A stretch of 64,000 nt of DNA from an uncultured Candidatus Rokubacteria bacterium (lineage in GTDB: Bacteria > Methylomirabilota > Methylomirabilia > Rokubacteriales > DASRDR01): NCBI GenBank assembly GCA_963805625.1, contig CAWDVE010000004.1, forward strand, positions 96,001 to 160,000, in the 5' to 3' direction. Position 1 is the stretch's first letter. Each line of letters opens with the position of its first letter. The notes beneath the pieces were generated by a model. That model saw only the letters and a list, made by a program, of their open reading frames with translations, was not told the origin of the DNA and did no database searches. This document shows, one piece after another, positions 49,283 to 58,575 of this stretch. Position numbers and translations under genes: made by a program.

Positions 49283-50452
49283 ATGAAGATCCACGAGTAC
49301 CAGGCAAAGGCGATCCTGCGGGAGTTCGGCGTCCCCGTGCCCCGGGGCGAGGTCGCGACCACGCCGGCCGAGGCCCGCGCGATTGCCGAACGCCTGGGCG
49401 GCCGCGTCGTGGTGAAGGCCCAGGTCCACGCGGGCGGGCGAGGGAAGGCCGGCGGGGTGAAGCTGGCCGACGACCCGGCCGGGACCGAGGCGGCCGCCCG
49501 GCAGATCCTCGGGATGCGGCTCAAGACGCCCCAGACGCCGCCCGAGGGCATCACGGTCCTGACGATCCTGGTCGAGGAGGCCTCCGCGATCGTCCAGGAG
49601 CTCTACCTGGCGGTCACGCTGGACCGAGGCCGCGGGGCACACGTCGTCATGGCGAGCCAGGCCGGCGGCATGGAGATCGAGGAAGTGGCGGCCGCGCACC
49701 CCGAGCGGATCGTGCGGGAGTGGGCCGATCCAGCGCTCGGGCTCCAGGCGTTCCAGGCCCGCGCGCTCGCCTTCGGTCTCGGCCTCTCGGGCGACCAGTT
49801 CAAGGCCGGCGTCGGGCTGATCCAGGCGCTCTTCCGCGCCTACCTCGCCAAGGACTGCTCCCTGGCCGAGGTCAACCCGCTGGTGGTGACGCGTGACGGC
49901 CGGGTGCTCGCCCTCGACGCCAAGCTCAACTTCGACGACAGCGCGCTCTTCCGGCACCCCGAGGTGATGGCGCTCCGCGACATCAACGAGGAAGACCCGC
50001 TGGACGTCGAGGCGTCGAAGCACGGGCTCAACTACATCAAGCTCGACGGCACGGTGGGCTGCATGGTCAACGGTGCCGGCCTCGCCATGGCGACGATGGA
50101 CATCGTCAAGCTGGCGGGAGGAGAGCCGGCGAACTTCCTCGACGTGGGCGGCGGAGCGTCCCCCGAGCAGATAGAGAGCGCCTTCCGGATCCTCTCGTCC
50201 GATCCGAGCGTCAGAGCCGTCTTCATCAACGTGTTCGGCGGGATCCTCCGCTGCGACCGGCTGGCCGCGGGGCTGATCGCGGCGGTGCAGAAGCTCGACG
50301 TCCGGATGCCCATCGTCGTCCGGATGGAGGGCACGAACGTGGAGCTCGGCCGCAAGATGCTGGCCGAGTCGGGGCTCAACTTCACGAGCGCGGCCGACAT
50401 GGGCGTTGGCGCGGCCAAGGTCGTCGAGCTCGCCCGCGGGGTCAGACTTTGA
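49283..50452 (+). CDS. sucC: Succinyl-CoA synthetase beta subunit
   Basis: MKIHEYQAK, VKAQVHAGGRGKAGGV, EVNPL, GCMVNGAGLAMATMD, ANFLDVGGG. Confidence 0.97.
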   Translation: MKIHEYQAKAILREFGVPVPRGEVATTPAEARAIAERLGGRVVVKAQVHAGGRGKAGGVKLADDPAGTEAAARQILGMRLKTPQTPPEGITVLTILVEEASAIVQELYLAVTLDRGRGAHVVMASQAGGMEIEEVAAAHPERIVREWADPALGLQAFQARALAFGLGLSGDQFKAGVGLIQALFRAYLAKDCSLAEVNPLVVTRDGRVLALDAKLNFDDSALFRHPEVMALRDINEEDPLDVEASKHGLNYIKLDGTVGCMVNGAGLAMATMDIVKLAGGEPANFLDVGGGASPEQIESAFRILSSDPSVRAVFINVFGGILRCDRLAAGLIAAVQKLDVRMPIVVRMEGTNVELGRKMLAESGLNFTSAADMGVGAAKVVELARGVRL

Positions 50453-50521
50453 CTTCCCAACATTTCGTGATCGCTGCGGGCCATGGGGAATCGAAGTGTA
50501 CGGAAGTCAAAGTCTGACCCC
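50438..50521. mobile_element. Non-autonomous inverted-repeat element, 84 bp, between sucC and sucD
   Basis: GGGGTCAGACTTTGACTTCCCAACATTTC (50438-50466), 26-bp spacer, GAAGTGTACGGAAGTCAAAGTCTGACCCC (50493-50521). Confidence 0.88.
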
Positions 50522-51400
50522 ATGAGCATCCTGGTCGATCGGTCGACGCGGGTGGTGGTCCAAGGGATCACCGGACGCGAAGGCACCTTCCACGCCCTCC
50601 GCTGCAAGGAGTACGGCACCCAGGTGGTGGGCGGTGTGACCCCGGGCAAGGGCGGCACGGTCCACGAGGGCTTCCCGGTGTGGAACACCGTCGACGAGGC
50701 CGTGCGCGAGGCGGGCGCCGACTGCGCGCTGATCTTCGTGCCGCCCGCCGCGGCCACCGACGCGATCATGGAAGCCGCGGCCGCGTGCGTGCCGCTGGTC
50801 GTCTGCATCACCGAGGGTATTCCGGTGGGCGACATGGTCCGGGTCAAGGCGTTCCTAGCCAGCCGCGCGACGCGCCTCCTCGGCCCCAACTGCCCCGGGC
50901 TTATCACGCCCGGCCAGGCCAAGATCGGCATCATGCCCGGCCACATCCACCGGGAGGGCGGGGTGGGAGTGGTGTCGCGGAGCGGGACCCTGACCTACGA
51001 GGTGGTCCACCAGCTCACGCAGCGCGGCCTCGGCCAGTCCACCTGCGTGGGGATCGGCGGCGATCCCGTCAACGGCACCAGCTTCGTCGAGGTGCTCCGC
51101 CTCTTCCAAGACGACTCCGGGACCGAGGCGATCATGCTGATCGGCGAGATCGGCGGCACCGCGGAGGAAGAAGCCGCGGCGTTCGTCCGGTCTCACGTGA
51201 CGAAGCCCGTCGTCGGCTTCATCTGTGGCCAGACCGCGCCCCCCGGGCGCCGCATGGGGCACGCCGGCGCGATCATCTCCGGCGGCAAGGGAACGGCTGC
51301 CGAGAAGATGCGCGCGATGGAGGCGGCCGGCATCACGACCGTCAAGAGCCCCGCCGACATGGGCGCCACCGTTGCCCGAGTGGTCGGACGCGGGCGCTGA
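50522..51400 (+). CDS. sucD: Succinyl-CoA synthetase alpha subunit
   Basis: [42 protein letters not shown] (phospho-His). Confidence 0.97.
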   Translation: MSILVDRSTRVVVQGITGREGTFHALRCKEYGTQVVGGVTPGKGGTVHEGFPVWNTVDEAVREAGADCALIFVPPAAATDAIMEAAAACVPLVVCITEGIPVGDMVRVKAFLASRATRLLGPNCPGLITPGQAKIGIMPGHIHREGGVGVVSRSGTLTYEVVHQLTQRGLGQSTCVGIGGDPVNGTSFVEVLRLFQDDSGTEAIMLIGEIGGTAEEEAAAFVRSHVTKPVVGFICGQTAPPGRRMGHAGAIISGGKGTAAEKMRAMEAAGITTVKSPADMGATVARVVGRGR

Positions 51401-51429
51401 CCGCTTACTCAGGGGCGAGAGGACAATCG

Positions 51430-51855
51430 ATGGCGCTCGAGCGCACCCTCACCATCATCAAGCCGGACGCGGTTCAGAAGGGCGTGGTCGGACGCGTCGT
51501 CGCCAAGATCGAGGAGGCGGGGCTCCGGATCCTGGCCGCCAAGCTCGTCCACCTGACGCCGGCGCAGGCCGCGGGCTTCTACATCGTTCACAAGGACCGG
51601 CCCTTCTACCGGAGTCTGTCCGAGTTCATGACGTCCGGGCCCTGCATCCCGATGGTCCTCGAGGGTGAGCACGCGATCCAGCGGCTGCGGGACGTGATGG
51701 GGGCAACCGACCCGTCGAAGGCGGCGCCCGGCACCATCCGACGGGAGTTCGCGGCCTCGATCGAGGCCAACGTCATCCACGGGTCGGACTCGCTCCAGTC
51801 GGCGGCGTTCGAGATCCCCTACTTCTTCCCGGCGTTGGAGATCCATGCGCGCTGA
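51430..51855 (+). CDS. ndk: Nucleoside diphosphate kinase
   Basis: [38 protein letters not shown]. Confidence 0.96.
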   Translation: MALERTLTIIKPDAVQKGVVGRVVAKIEEAGLRILAAKLVHLTPAQAAGFYIVHKDRPFYRSLSEFMTSGPCIPMVLEGEHAIQRLRDVMGATDPSKAAPGTIRREFAASIEANVIHGSDSLQSAAFEIPYFFPALEIHAR

Positions 51856-52909
51856 CCTTTCGCCAGCCGGGCGCGGCGGGTCGTGTCGCGGGTCCGCCCG
51901 CGCGGCCCTCAGCGGTCTGCTGGTCACGATCGCGCTGGTGATACTCGGCGCGGGGACGGTGGCGGCGGAGGGGAGAAAGGTCAAGGTCGGCGTACTCAAG
52001 CTGAGCTCGTCGGCCCCGATCTTCCTCGGCGTGGAGCGCGGAACCTTCCGCGAGTTCGGGATCGAGCCCGAGCTGGTCTACTTCCAGGCGGCGCAGCCGG
52101 TGGCGGTGGCGATCGCGGCCGGCGAGATCGAGGTGGGCGCCACGGGCCTCACCGCCGGCCTCTACAACGTCGCCACCGGGGGCGAGAAGGTCTGGGTCGT
52201 CGCCGACAAGGGCCGCGAGTGGCCGGGGTCCCCGCTGACGGCGCTCCTGGTCCAGAAGGACGGCCCCATCCGGTCGATCCGGGACCTCAAGGGCCGGAAG
52301 GTCGGCATCACGCAGCTCGGGTCGACGTTCCACTACATGCTGGGGAACCTCCTCGAGCAGGAGAGGCTCTCGCTGGCGGATGTGGAGCCGGCGCCGCTCC
52401 GCACGCTCGGCGCGATGGCCGAGGCGCTCCAGGCGCGGCGGGTCGACGCGATCCTCATCCCGCAGCCATTCGCCGGCACCACCATCGAGAGTGGATTCGG
52501 GCGCCTCCTGTTCTGGGTCGGCGACAAGCTGCCCTACCAGGGGGCGGCGATCTTCTACTCGAAGGCGTTCGCGCAGGACCGCGAGCGCGCGGTCGCCTTC
52601 ATGAAGGGATACGTCAAGGCCGCCCGGCTGTTCTTCGACGCGGTGCTCGCGCTGAAGGACGGTAGGCCGCCGTCGGGCCCCGCCTACGACGAGGTCGTCA
52701 ACGTCACCGCCCGGTACACGGGCGCCACGCCGGAGGTCGTTCGCGTGGGCTTCCCGTACCAGGATCGGGACGGACGGCTGGACGTGGCCGACATCAGCCG
52801 ACAGCTCTCCTGGTACCACAAGGCGGGCATGGTCACGGCGCCGCTCCAGGCGCGTGATCTCGTGGACGGCTCGTTCCTCGAGGACGCGCTACGCGCCCTG
52901 CCGCGCTGA
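51845..52909 (+). CDS. ABC transporter substrate-binding protein (NMT1/SsuA/TauA-like)
   Basis: Signal peptide; [27 protein letters not shown]; no permease or ATPase adjacent. Confidence 0.85.
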   Translation: MRADLSPAGRGGSCRGSARAALSGLLVTIALVILGAGTVAAEGRKVKVGVLKLSSSAPIFLGVERGTFREFGIEPELVYFQAAQPVAVAIAAGEIEVGATGLTAGLYNVATGGEKVWVVADKGREWPGSPLTALLVQKDGPIRSIRDLKGRKVGITQLGSTFHYMLGNLLEQERLSLADVEPAPLRTLGAMAEALQARRVDAILIPQPFAGTTIESGFGRLLFWVGDKLPYQGAAIFYSKAFAQDRERAVAFMKGYVKAARLFFDAVLALKDGRPPSGPAYDEVVNVTARYTGATPEVVRVGFPYQDRDGRLDVADISRQLSWYHKAGMVTAPLQARDLVDGSFLEDALRALPR

Positions 52910-52948
52910 TTGCCGTCGCCGCGGGTGGCGGACGCGCGCCCTAGGCCG

Positions 52949-54448
52949 ATGTTCGGCAAGCTTCTGATCGCCAACCGGGGCGAGATCGCCGTGCGCGTGA
53001 TCCGCGCGTGCCAGGACGCCGGCGTCCGCACGGTGGCCGTCTTCTCCGAGGCGGATCGAGACGCCCTCCACGTCCGGCTGGCCGACGAGGCGCACCCGAT
53101 CGGCCCGGCCCCGGCGACCGAGAGCTACCTCGTGATCGATCGCATCGTCGCGGTCGCCCGCCGGACGGGTGCCGAGGCGGTCCATCCCGGCTACGGATTC
53201 CTGGCTGAGAACGCGGGCTTCGCCGAGGCGTGCCGCGCCGCGGGCCTCGTGTTCGTGGGTCCGCCGCCCGCCGCGATCGCCGTGATGGGCGACAAGACCG
53301 CGGCGCGCCGCGCGGCCGTCGAGGCGGGCGTGCCGATCGTGCCAGGGACCCCGGATCCGGTGGGATCGGATGCGGAGGCCCGTCGGGCCGCGCGGGACCT
53401 CGGCTTCCCGGTGATGATCAAGGCGGCCTGGGGTGGCGGTGGGAAGGGCATGCGGCTCGTGTCGATCCCGGGGGAGCTCGAGTCGGCGCTGCGGCTGGCG
53501 CGCTCCGAGGCGGCCGCCGCGTTCGGTGACGGCGCCGTCTACCTCGAGAAAGCGATCGTCGAGCCCCGCCACGTCGAGATCCAGGTCCTCGCGGATGCGC
53601 ACGGCCAGATCCTGCACCTGGGCGAGCGCGAGTGCTCGATCCAGCGGCGGCACCAGAAGCTCGTCGAGGAGTCACCGTCGCCCGCCGTGGACGAGACCCT
53701 CCGGGCCGAGATGGGACGGGCGGCCTGCCGGCTCCTGGCCTCGGCGGGCTACCAGAACGCTGGGACGGTCGAGTTCCTTCTCGACCCCGGCGGGCGTTTC
53801 TACTTCCTCGAGGTCAACACGCGGCTCCAGGTCGAGCACTCGGTCACGGAGCTGGTGACCGGCATCGATCTCGTCCGGGAGCAGCTCCGCCTGGCGGCTG
53901 GCGAGAAGCTCGGATACGCCCAGGCGGATGTGGCCGCGCACGGCTGGGCGATCGAGTGCCGGATCTCGGCCGAGGATCCTGCCGCCGGATTCATCCCGTC
54001 CCCGGGTCGGATCGCGACGTGGCGCCCACCGGCGGGCCCCTGGGTGCGCCTGGACAGCGGGGTCTACGAGGGCGGGGAGGTGTCGCTCCATTACGATCCC
54101 CTGATGGCCAAGCTCATCGTGTGGGGTCGCGATCGCGGAGAAGCGGTGGGCCGGATGCGCCGGGCGCTCGGCGAGTTCGGAGTCACCGGCGTCCGGACCA
54201 CCATTCCCTTTCACCGTGCGGTGATGGATCACCCCGACTTCCTCGGCGGGCAGCTGTCGACGGCGTTCGTGGCGCGCGCCTTCGCGGGCGGGCTCGGGCC
54301 ACCGTCGCCCGCGCGCGCGCGCGCCGCGGCGGTGGCGGCCGCGCTCCGGACGCGGGCGCTCGCCCCGCCGGCTCCGCCGGCGGCGACTTCCGGCCCTTCC
54401 CGCTGGGCCATGGCGGGTCGACCGGGGCCCGGGAGTGTGCGGCGGTGA
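52949..54448 (+). CDS. accC: Biotin carboxylase (acyl-CoA/pyruvate carboxylase A subunit)
   Basis: LIANRGEIAVR, HPGYGFLAEN, GGGGKGM, RECSIQRRHQK, EVNTRLQVEH, YDPLMAKL. Confidence 0.93.
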   Translation: MFGKLLIANRGEIAVRVIRACQDAGVRTVAVFSEADRDALHVRLADEAHPIGPAPATESYLVIDRIVAVARRTGAEAVHPGYGFLAENAGFAEACRAAGLVFVGPPPAAIAVMGDKTAARRAAVEAGVPIVPGTPDPVGSDAEARRAARDLGFPVMIKAAWGGGGKGMRLVSIPGELESALRLARSEAAAAFGDGAVYLEKAIVEPRHVEIQVLADAHGQILHLGERECSIQRRHQKLVEESPSPAVDETLRAEMGRAACRLLASAGYQNAGTVEFLLDPGGRFYFLEVNTRLQVEHSVTELVTGIDLVREQLRLAAGEKLGYAQADVAAHGWAIECRISAEDPAAGFIPSPGRIATWRPPAGPWVRLDSGVYEGGEVSLHYDPLMAKLIVWGRDRGEAVGRMRRALGEFGVTGVRTTIPFHRAVMDHPDFLGGQLSTAFVARAFAGGLGPPSPARARAAAVAAALRTRALAPPAPPAATSGPSRWAMAGRPGPGSVRR

Positions 54449-54981
54449 CCTCCACCGGATCGGGAAGACGCTCCTCGCGCCTGAGCATCCAGGTCGATGA
54501 CGCGACGTTCACCGTCGAGGTCGAGGAGCTGGGATCCGGGACCCTCGAGGTCCGCGTCGATGGGCGTCCGGTGGAAGTCGACGCTCGACTCCCCGCATCC
54601 GGAACTGGCTCACTCCTGCTGGACGGCGTCTCGTACGTCGTGGATCTCGGCGAGGCGGGAGTGGACGCGCTCCTGGCCGTGGACGGCGAGACGTTCCGGG
54701 TCCGGGTCGACGACCCTGTTGCCGGGCGGCGGCGCGGCCCGACCGAGGCGAGTGCGGGCGCCGGCACCGGCCAGCGGCTTGTGGCGCCCATGCCCGGAAA
54801 GGTCGTCAAGGTGCTCGTCGAGGTAGGCCAGCCGGTGGAGCGCGGGGCCGGCCTGGTCGTGCTCGAGGCGATGAAGATGGAGAACGAGTTCCGGGCGACC
54901 GGGAGCGGGATGGTCAGCGAGATCCACGTGGAGCCAGGCCAGGCGGTCGACGCGGGAGCTCTCCTCGTCGTCATCGCGTGA
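54445..54981 (+). CDS. Biotin carboxyl carrier protein
   Basis: APMPGKVV...LEAMKMENE biotinylation motif; GTGA overlap with accC. Confidence 0.92.
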   Translation: MTSTGSGRRSSRLSIQVDDATFTVEVEELGSGTLEVRVDGRPVEVDARLPASGTGSLLLDGVSYVVDLGEAGVDALLAVDGETFRVRVDDPVAGRRRGPTEASAGAGTGQRLVAPMPGKVVKVLVEVGQPVERGAGLVVLEAMKMENEFRATGSGMVSEIHVEPGQAVDAGALLVVIA

Positions 54982-55091
54982 CCCCGCGAGTGGCGTCCAC
55001 CGCGACCGGCCCTCGGGCGTCCGTTCCGGCCTGGCTGCTCCCGCCCGGGTAGCGAGGATGGCGCGATGAACCCGCCAGACCCGAGCCGCCC

Positions 55092-56411
55092 GTGACTCCC
55101 GGCGCGCGTACAGCGGTCGCGCTCGCGCTCGGAAGCTTCGTCCTCTACAACGCGAACCTCCGGGAGATCAGCTCGCAGGACACCGTTCCCAATCGGGTCC
55201 TCCCGTACGAGGTGATCGAGTACGGGCGTCTCGACCTCGATCGCCTGTTCCAGGGCTGGCCGGCCGCCGCCCCGCTCCCTTTCTGGATCCAGCACGTCGG
55301 CACGCACTATCGGTCGAACTATCCCGTGGCCCCGGCGCTTCTGGCGGTTCCCGTCTACGCGGGCCCCGTCCTCCTGGGCGCCGGCGACAGCTGGCCCGTC
55401 CTGAACGCTCTCTCCAAGCTCGCCGCGTCCCTGTTCGCGGCTCTGTCCGTCGCCTTCGTGTACCTCGCGGCCCAGGAGCTCGCCCGCCGGCAGGGGAGCG
55501 GGGAGGCGACGGCCCTGGCGACGGCGGCTGTCTACGCGTTTGCGACGTCGACGTGGGCCATCGCGAGCCAGGGCCTGTGGGGACACGGCCCGGCGCAACT
55601 CGGCCTGGCGGTGTCTCTCTGGGCCCTTCTGCGGCCCGGAACGGCTCGATGGGGAACGGTCCTGGCCGGGCTGGCCGCAGGCACCATGGTAGCGAGCCGC
55701 CCCTCGACCGGGCTGGTGGCCGCGGCCCTCGCGGGCTTCGCCGTCCTGTCCCGGGGCCGCGCTGGGCTTCTCTTTGCGGGGATGCTCGGCGCGGTCGTGG
55801 CGGCGGTGGCGGCGCACAACCTGGCGATCTTCGGGTCGGTCCAGGGCGGCTACGCCGAGCTTCATCGGACCCACGCGGAGCATCACGGGGTGGGGTCGGC
55901 CTGGGGCGCATCGTTCGGGGCGGGGCTGGCCGGTGTCCTCGTGAGCCCGAGTCGCGGGCTCTTCATCTACTCGCCAGTGCTCCTGTTCCCCGCCGTGGGA
56001 CTCCTCGTCTGGCTTGTCCGGCGCCGCGGCGGGCTCCTGGCCTGCGCGGCCGTCGCCGTCGCGGTCGGCATCGGGACCATCGCGCAGTTCTCGGTGTGGT
56101 GGGGTGGACACTCCTTCGGCCCCCGCCTTCTCGCCGACGTCCTGCCGGCTATGGTCCTCGGGGTGGTGCCCGTCTGGCCGGCGATCCGCGGGCCCGTGGG
56201 GCGGTGGCTCTTCGCCGCGGCCTTCGCCGCCTCGGTCCTGGTCCAGGTCGTGGGCGCCTTCTACTATCCATCGCCTCGCAGCGTGGACTGGGACACGAGC
56301 CCCACGGACGTGGACTTTGCCCACGAGCGGCTCTGGGACTGGCACGATTCTCAGCTGCTTCGATTGCTCCGGAACGGCCCCGTGAGCTCGGGGTTCCGGA
56401 CGACCCCCTGA
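55092..56411 (+). CDS. GT-C-like membrane protein (putative glycosyltransferase)
   Basis: SQDTVPNR, SNYPV, SQGLWGHG, SPSRGLFIYSP, WWGGHSFGPRLL; multi-pass TM. Confidence 0.75.
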   Translation: MTPGARTAVALALGSFVLYNANLREISSQDTVPNRVLPYEVIEYGRLDLDRLFQGWPAAAPLPFWIQHVGTHYRSNYPVAPALLAVPVYAGPVLLGAGDSWPVLNALSKLAASLFAALSVAFVYLAAQELARRQGSGEATALATAAVYAFATSTWAIASQGLWGHGPAQLGLAVSLWALLRPGTARWGTVLAGLAAGTMVASRPSTGLVAAALAGFAVLSRGRAGLLFAGMLGAVVAAVAAHNLAIFGSVQGGYAELHRTHAEHHGVGSAWGASFGAGLAGVLVSPSRGLFIYSPVLLFPAVGLLVWLVRRRGGLLACAAVAVAVGIGTIAQFSVWWGGHSFGPRLLADVLPAMVLGVVPVWPAIRGPVGRWLFAAAFAASVLVQVVGAFYYPSPRSVDWDTSPTDVDFAHERLWDWHDSQLLRLLRNGPVSSGFRTTP

Positions 56412-56475
56412 ACGGCGAGGATCCCCGCGCCCCTCGGGGCGGCGCTCCCAGGCCATCCGCAGCCCCTGGGTTGGC

Positions 56476-56504
56476 TTGACCCCCGCCAGGGGCCGGCATA
56501 AGAT
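56476..56504 (+). promoter_or_regulatory. Putative sigma70 promoter of the SBP array
   Basis: TTGACC-N17-TAAGAT. Confidence 0.55.
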
Positions 56505-56604
56505 CGGGCCACGTCCGTAGCCCCTTTCCGCGCGCGGGGCAGGCTTGTGCTTTGGAAGCGCGCAGAATAAAACTCGAAATCTGAATCTCGGGAGGACAGG
56601 CAGC

Positions 56605-58401
56605 ATGGAAGAGCGTGAGCTTCGGCACTGGATTGACCGGGTGAAGGACGGCACCATCACCCGTCGTAATTTCACCCGGATGATGGTCGGGCTCGGCCTG
56701 ACGGCACCCCTGGCGGCTCAGATGCTCGCCGCCGCGGGCGTGGCGCACGCGCAGACGAAGCCCGCCTTCGCGCCGACCAAGCGTGGCGGCGGCGGCAGCG
56801 TCAAGGTGCTGTGGTGGCAGGCTCCGACCCTCCTGAACCCGCACTTCGCGAATGGCACGAAGGACCAGGACGGCTCCCGCATCTTCTACGAGCCCCTCGC
56901 GTCCTTCGACCCCGACGGTAACCTCTTCCCCAACCTGGCGGCCGAGGTGCCGACTGTCCAGAACGGCGGCGTCGCGAAGGACGGCACGTCCGTCACGTGG
57001 AAGCTCAAGCGAAACGTCCAGTGGCACGACGGGAAGCCCTTCACGGCCGACGACGTGGTGTTCAACTGGGAGTACGCGACGGATCCGGCCACCGCGGCCG
57101 TGACGTCCGGCAACTTCCCGAACGTCACGAAGGTCGAGAAGATCGACGCTTCCACGGTCAAGGTCAGCTTCAACCGGCCCCAGCCCTTCCCGTACACCGC
57201 GCTCTGCGGGCCGAACGGGCAGATCATCCCCAAGCACGTCTTCGAGGCGTTCAAGGGCGCCAACTCGCGCGAGGCGCCGGCCAACCTCAAGCCGATCGGC
57301 ACCGGCGCCTACCGGTACGTGGACTTCAAGCCGGGCGACATGGTCCGGGCCGAGCTGAACCCCAACTATCACGTGCCCAACCGGCCGTTCTTCGACATGA
57401 TCGAGCTGAAGGGCGGGGGCGACGCGGCCTCGGCGGCACGGGCGGTCATCCAGACCGGCGAGTACGACTTCGCCTGGAACATGCAGGTCGAGGATGACAT
57501 CCTCAAGCGCCTGGAGCAGGGCGGGAAGGGCCGCGTGAACATCGCTCTGGCCGGCGACATCGAGCACATCCAGCTCAACAACAGCGACCCCTGGACCGAG
57601 GTCGACGGGGAGCGCTCGAGCCTCAAGTCCAAGCACCCGTTCCTGACCGATCCCGCGGTCCGCCAGGCGCTGAACCTCCTGGTCGACCGGGGCTCCGTGC
57701 AGGAGCAGCTCTACGGCCGCCAGGGACAGGCGACCGCCAACTTCCTGAACGCGCCGTCCAAGTTCAGCTCCAAGAACAACAAGTGGGAGCTGAACCCCGA
57801 CAAGGCCAACCAGATCCTCGAGGCCGCGGGCTGGAAGAAGGGGCCGGACGGCATCCGCGCCAAAGACGGCAAGAAGCTGAAGATGGTCTACCAGACCTCC
57901 ATCAACGCGGTTCGCCAGAAGACCCAGGCGATCGTCAAGCAGGCTGCGGCCAAGGCAGGCATCGAGATCGAGATCAAGTCGGTGGTGGCGTCCGTGTTCT
58001 TCGCCTCCGATCCGGCGAACTGGGACACGTATCCCCACTTCGCGACCGACCTCCAGATGTACACGACCACGATGACCCATCCCGACCCTCAGCGGCTCAT
58101 GGACCAGTTCACCTCCTGGGAAGTGGCGTCCAAGGAGAACAAGTGGCTGGGGCGCAACCCTACCCGGTGGCGCAACGAGGAGTACGACAAGCTCTGGAAG
58201 GCGGCCGACTCGGAGATGGATCCCGTCAAGCGCGCGGCCATGTTCGTCCGGATGAACGATCTCTTGATCCAGAACGTGGTCGTGATTCCGGTCATCTGGC
58301 GCGCGAATGTTAGCGCCATATCACACAAGCTGAGAGATGCTGACATCAGCGCGTGGGATTCGAACCTCGCGACGCTGGCGTTCTGGCACCGCGAAGCGTA
58401 G
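56605..58401 (+). CDS. Peptide/nickel ABC substrate-binding protein (family 5), copy 1, Tat signal
   Basis: TRRNF twin-arginine motif; WHDGKPFTADDV, GTGAY, DPAVRQAL; ends WHREA*. Confidence 0.93.
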   Translation: MEERELRHWIDRVKDGTITRRNFTRMMVGLGLTAPLAAQMLAAAGVAHAQTKPAFAPTKRGGGGSVKVLWWQAPTLLNPHFANGTKDQDGSRIFYEPLASFDPDGNLFPNLAAEVPTVQNGGVAKDGTSVTWKLKRNVQWHDGKPFTADDVVFNWEYATDPATAAVTSGNFPNVTKVEKIDASTVKVSFNRPQPFPYTALCGPNGQIIPKHVFEAFKGANSREAPANLKPIGTGAYRYVDFKPGDMVRAELNPNYHVPNRPFFDMIELKGGGDAASAARAVIQTGEYDFAWNMQVEDDILKRLEQGGKGRVNIALAGDIEHIQLNNSDPWTEVDGERSSLKSKHPFLTDPAVRQALNLLVDRGSVQEQLYGRQGQATANFLNAPSKFSSKNNKWELNPDKANQILEAAGWKKGPDGIRAKDGKKLKMVYQTSINAVRQKTQAIVKQAAAKAGIEIEIKSVVASVFFASDPANWDTYPHFATDLQMYTTTMTHPDPQRLMDQFTSWEVASKENKWLGRNPTRWRNEEYDKLWKAADSEMDPVKRAAMFVRMNDLLIQNVVVIPVIWRANVSAISHKLRDADISAWDSNLATLAFWHREA

Positions 58402-58415
58402 TTCGGCTCGGGGGA

Positions 58416-58442
58416 TTGGCCTCGCCGGAGCGGCGGGGCCAA
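58416..58442 (+). terminator. Strong hairpin after SBP1 (terminator or stability element; no U-tract)
   Basis: TTGGCCTCGCCG-GAG-CGGCGGGGCCAA, 12-bp stem with one G-U pair. Confidence 0.45.
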
Positions 58443-58575
58443 GCCTCCGGGGCATCGAGATGAAAGGGCTGTCTCAGTCGGACGAGGGTGGGACGCCCGG
58501 TTCCCCGGCGGGCCAGCCGGCGCCGCCCCTCCGCCTGATTCGCGTCCGAGCCGCAACGCCACCGGAGGGAGAGCC

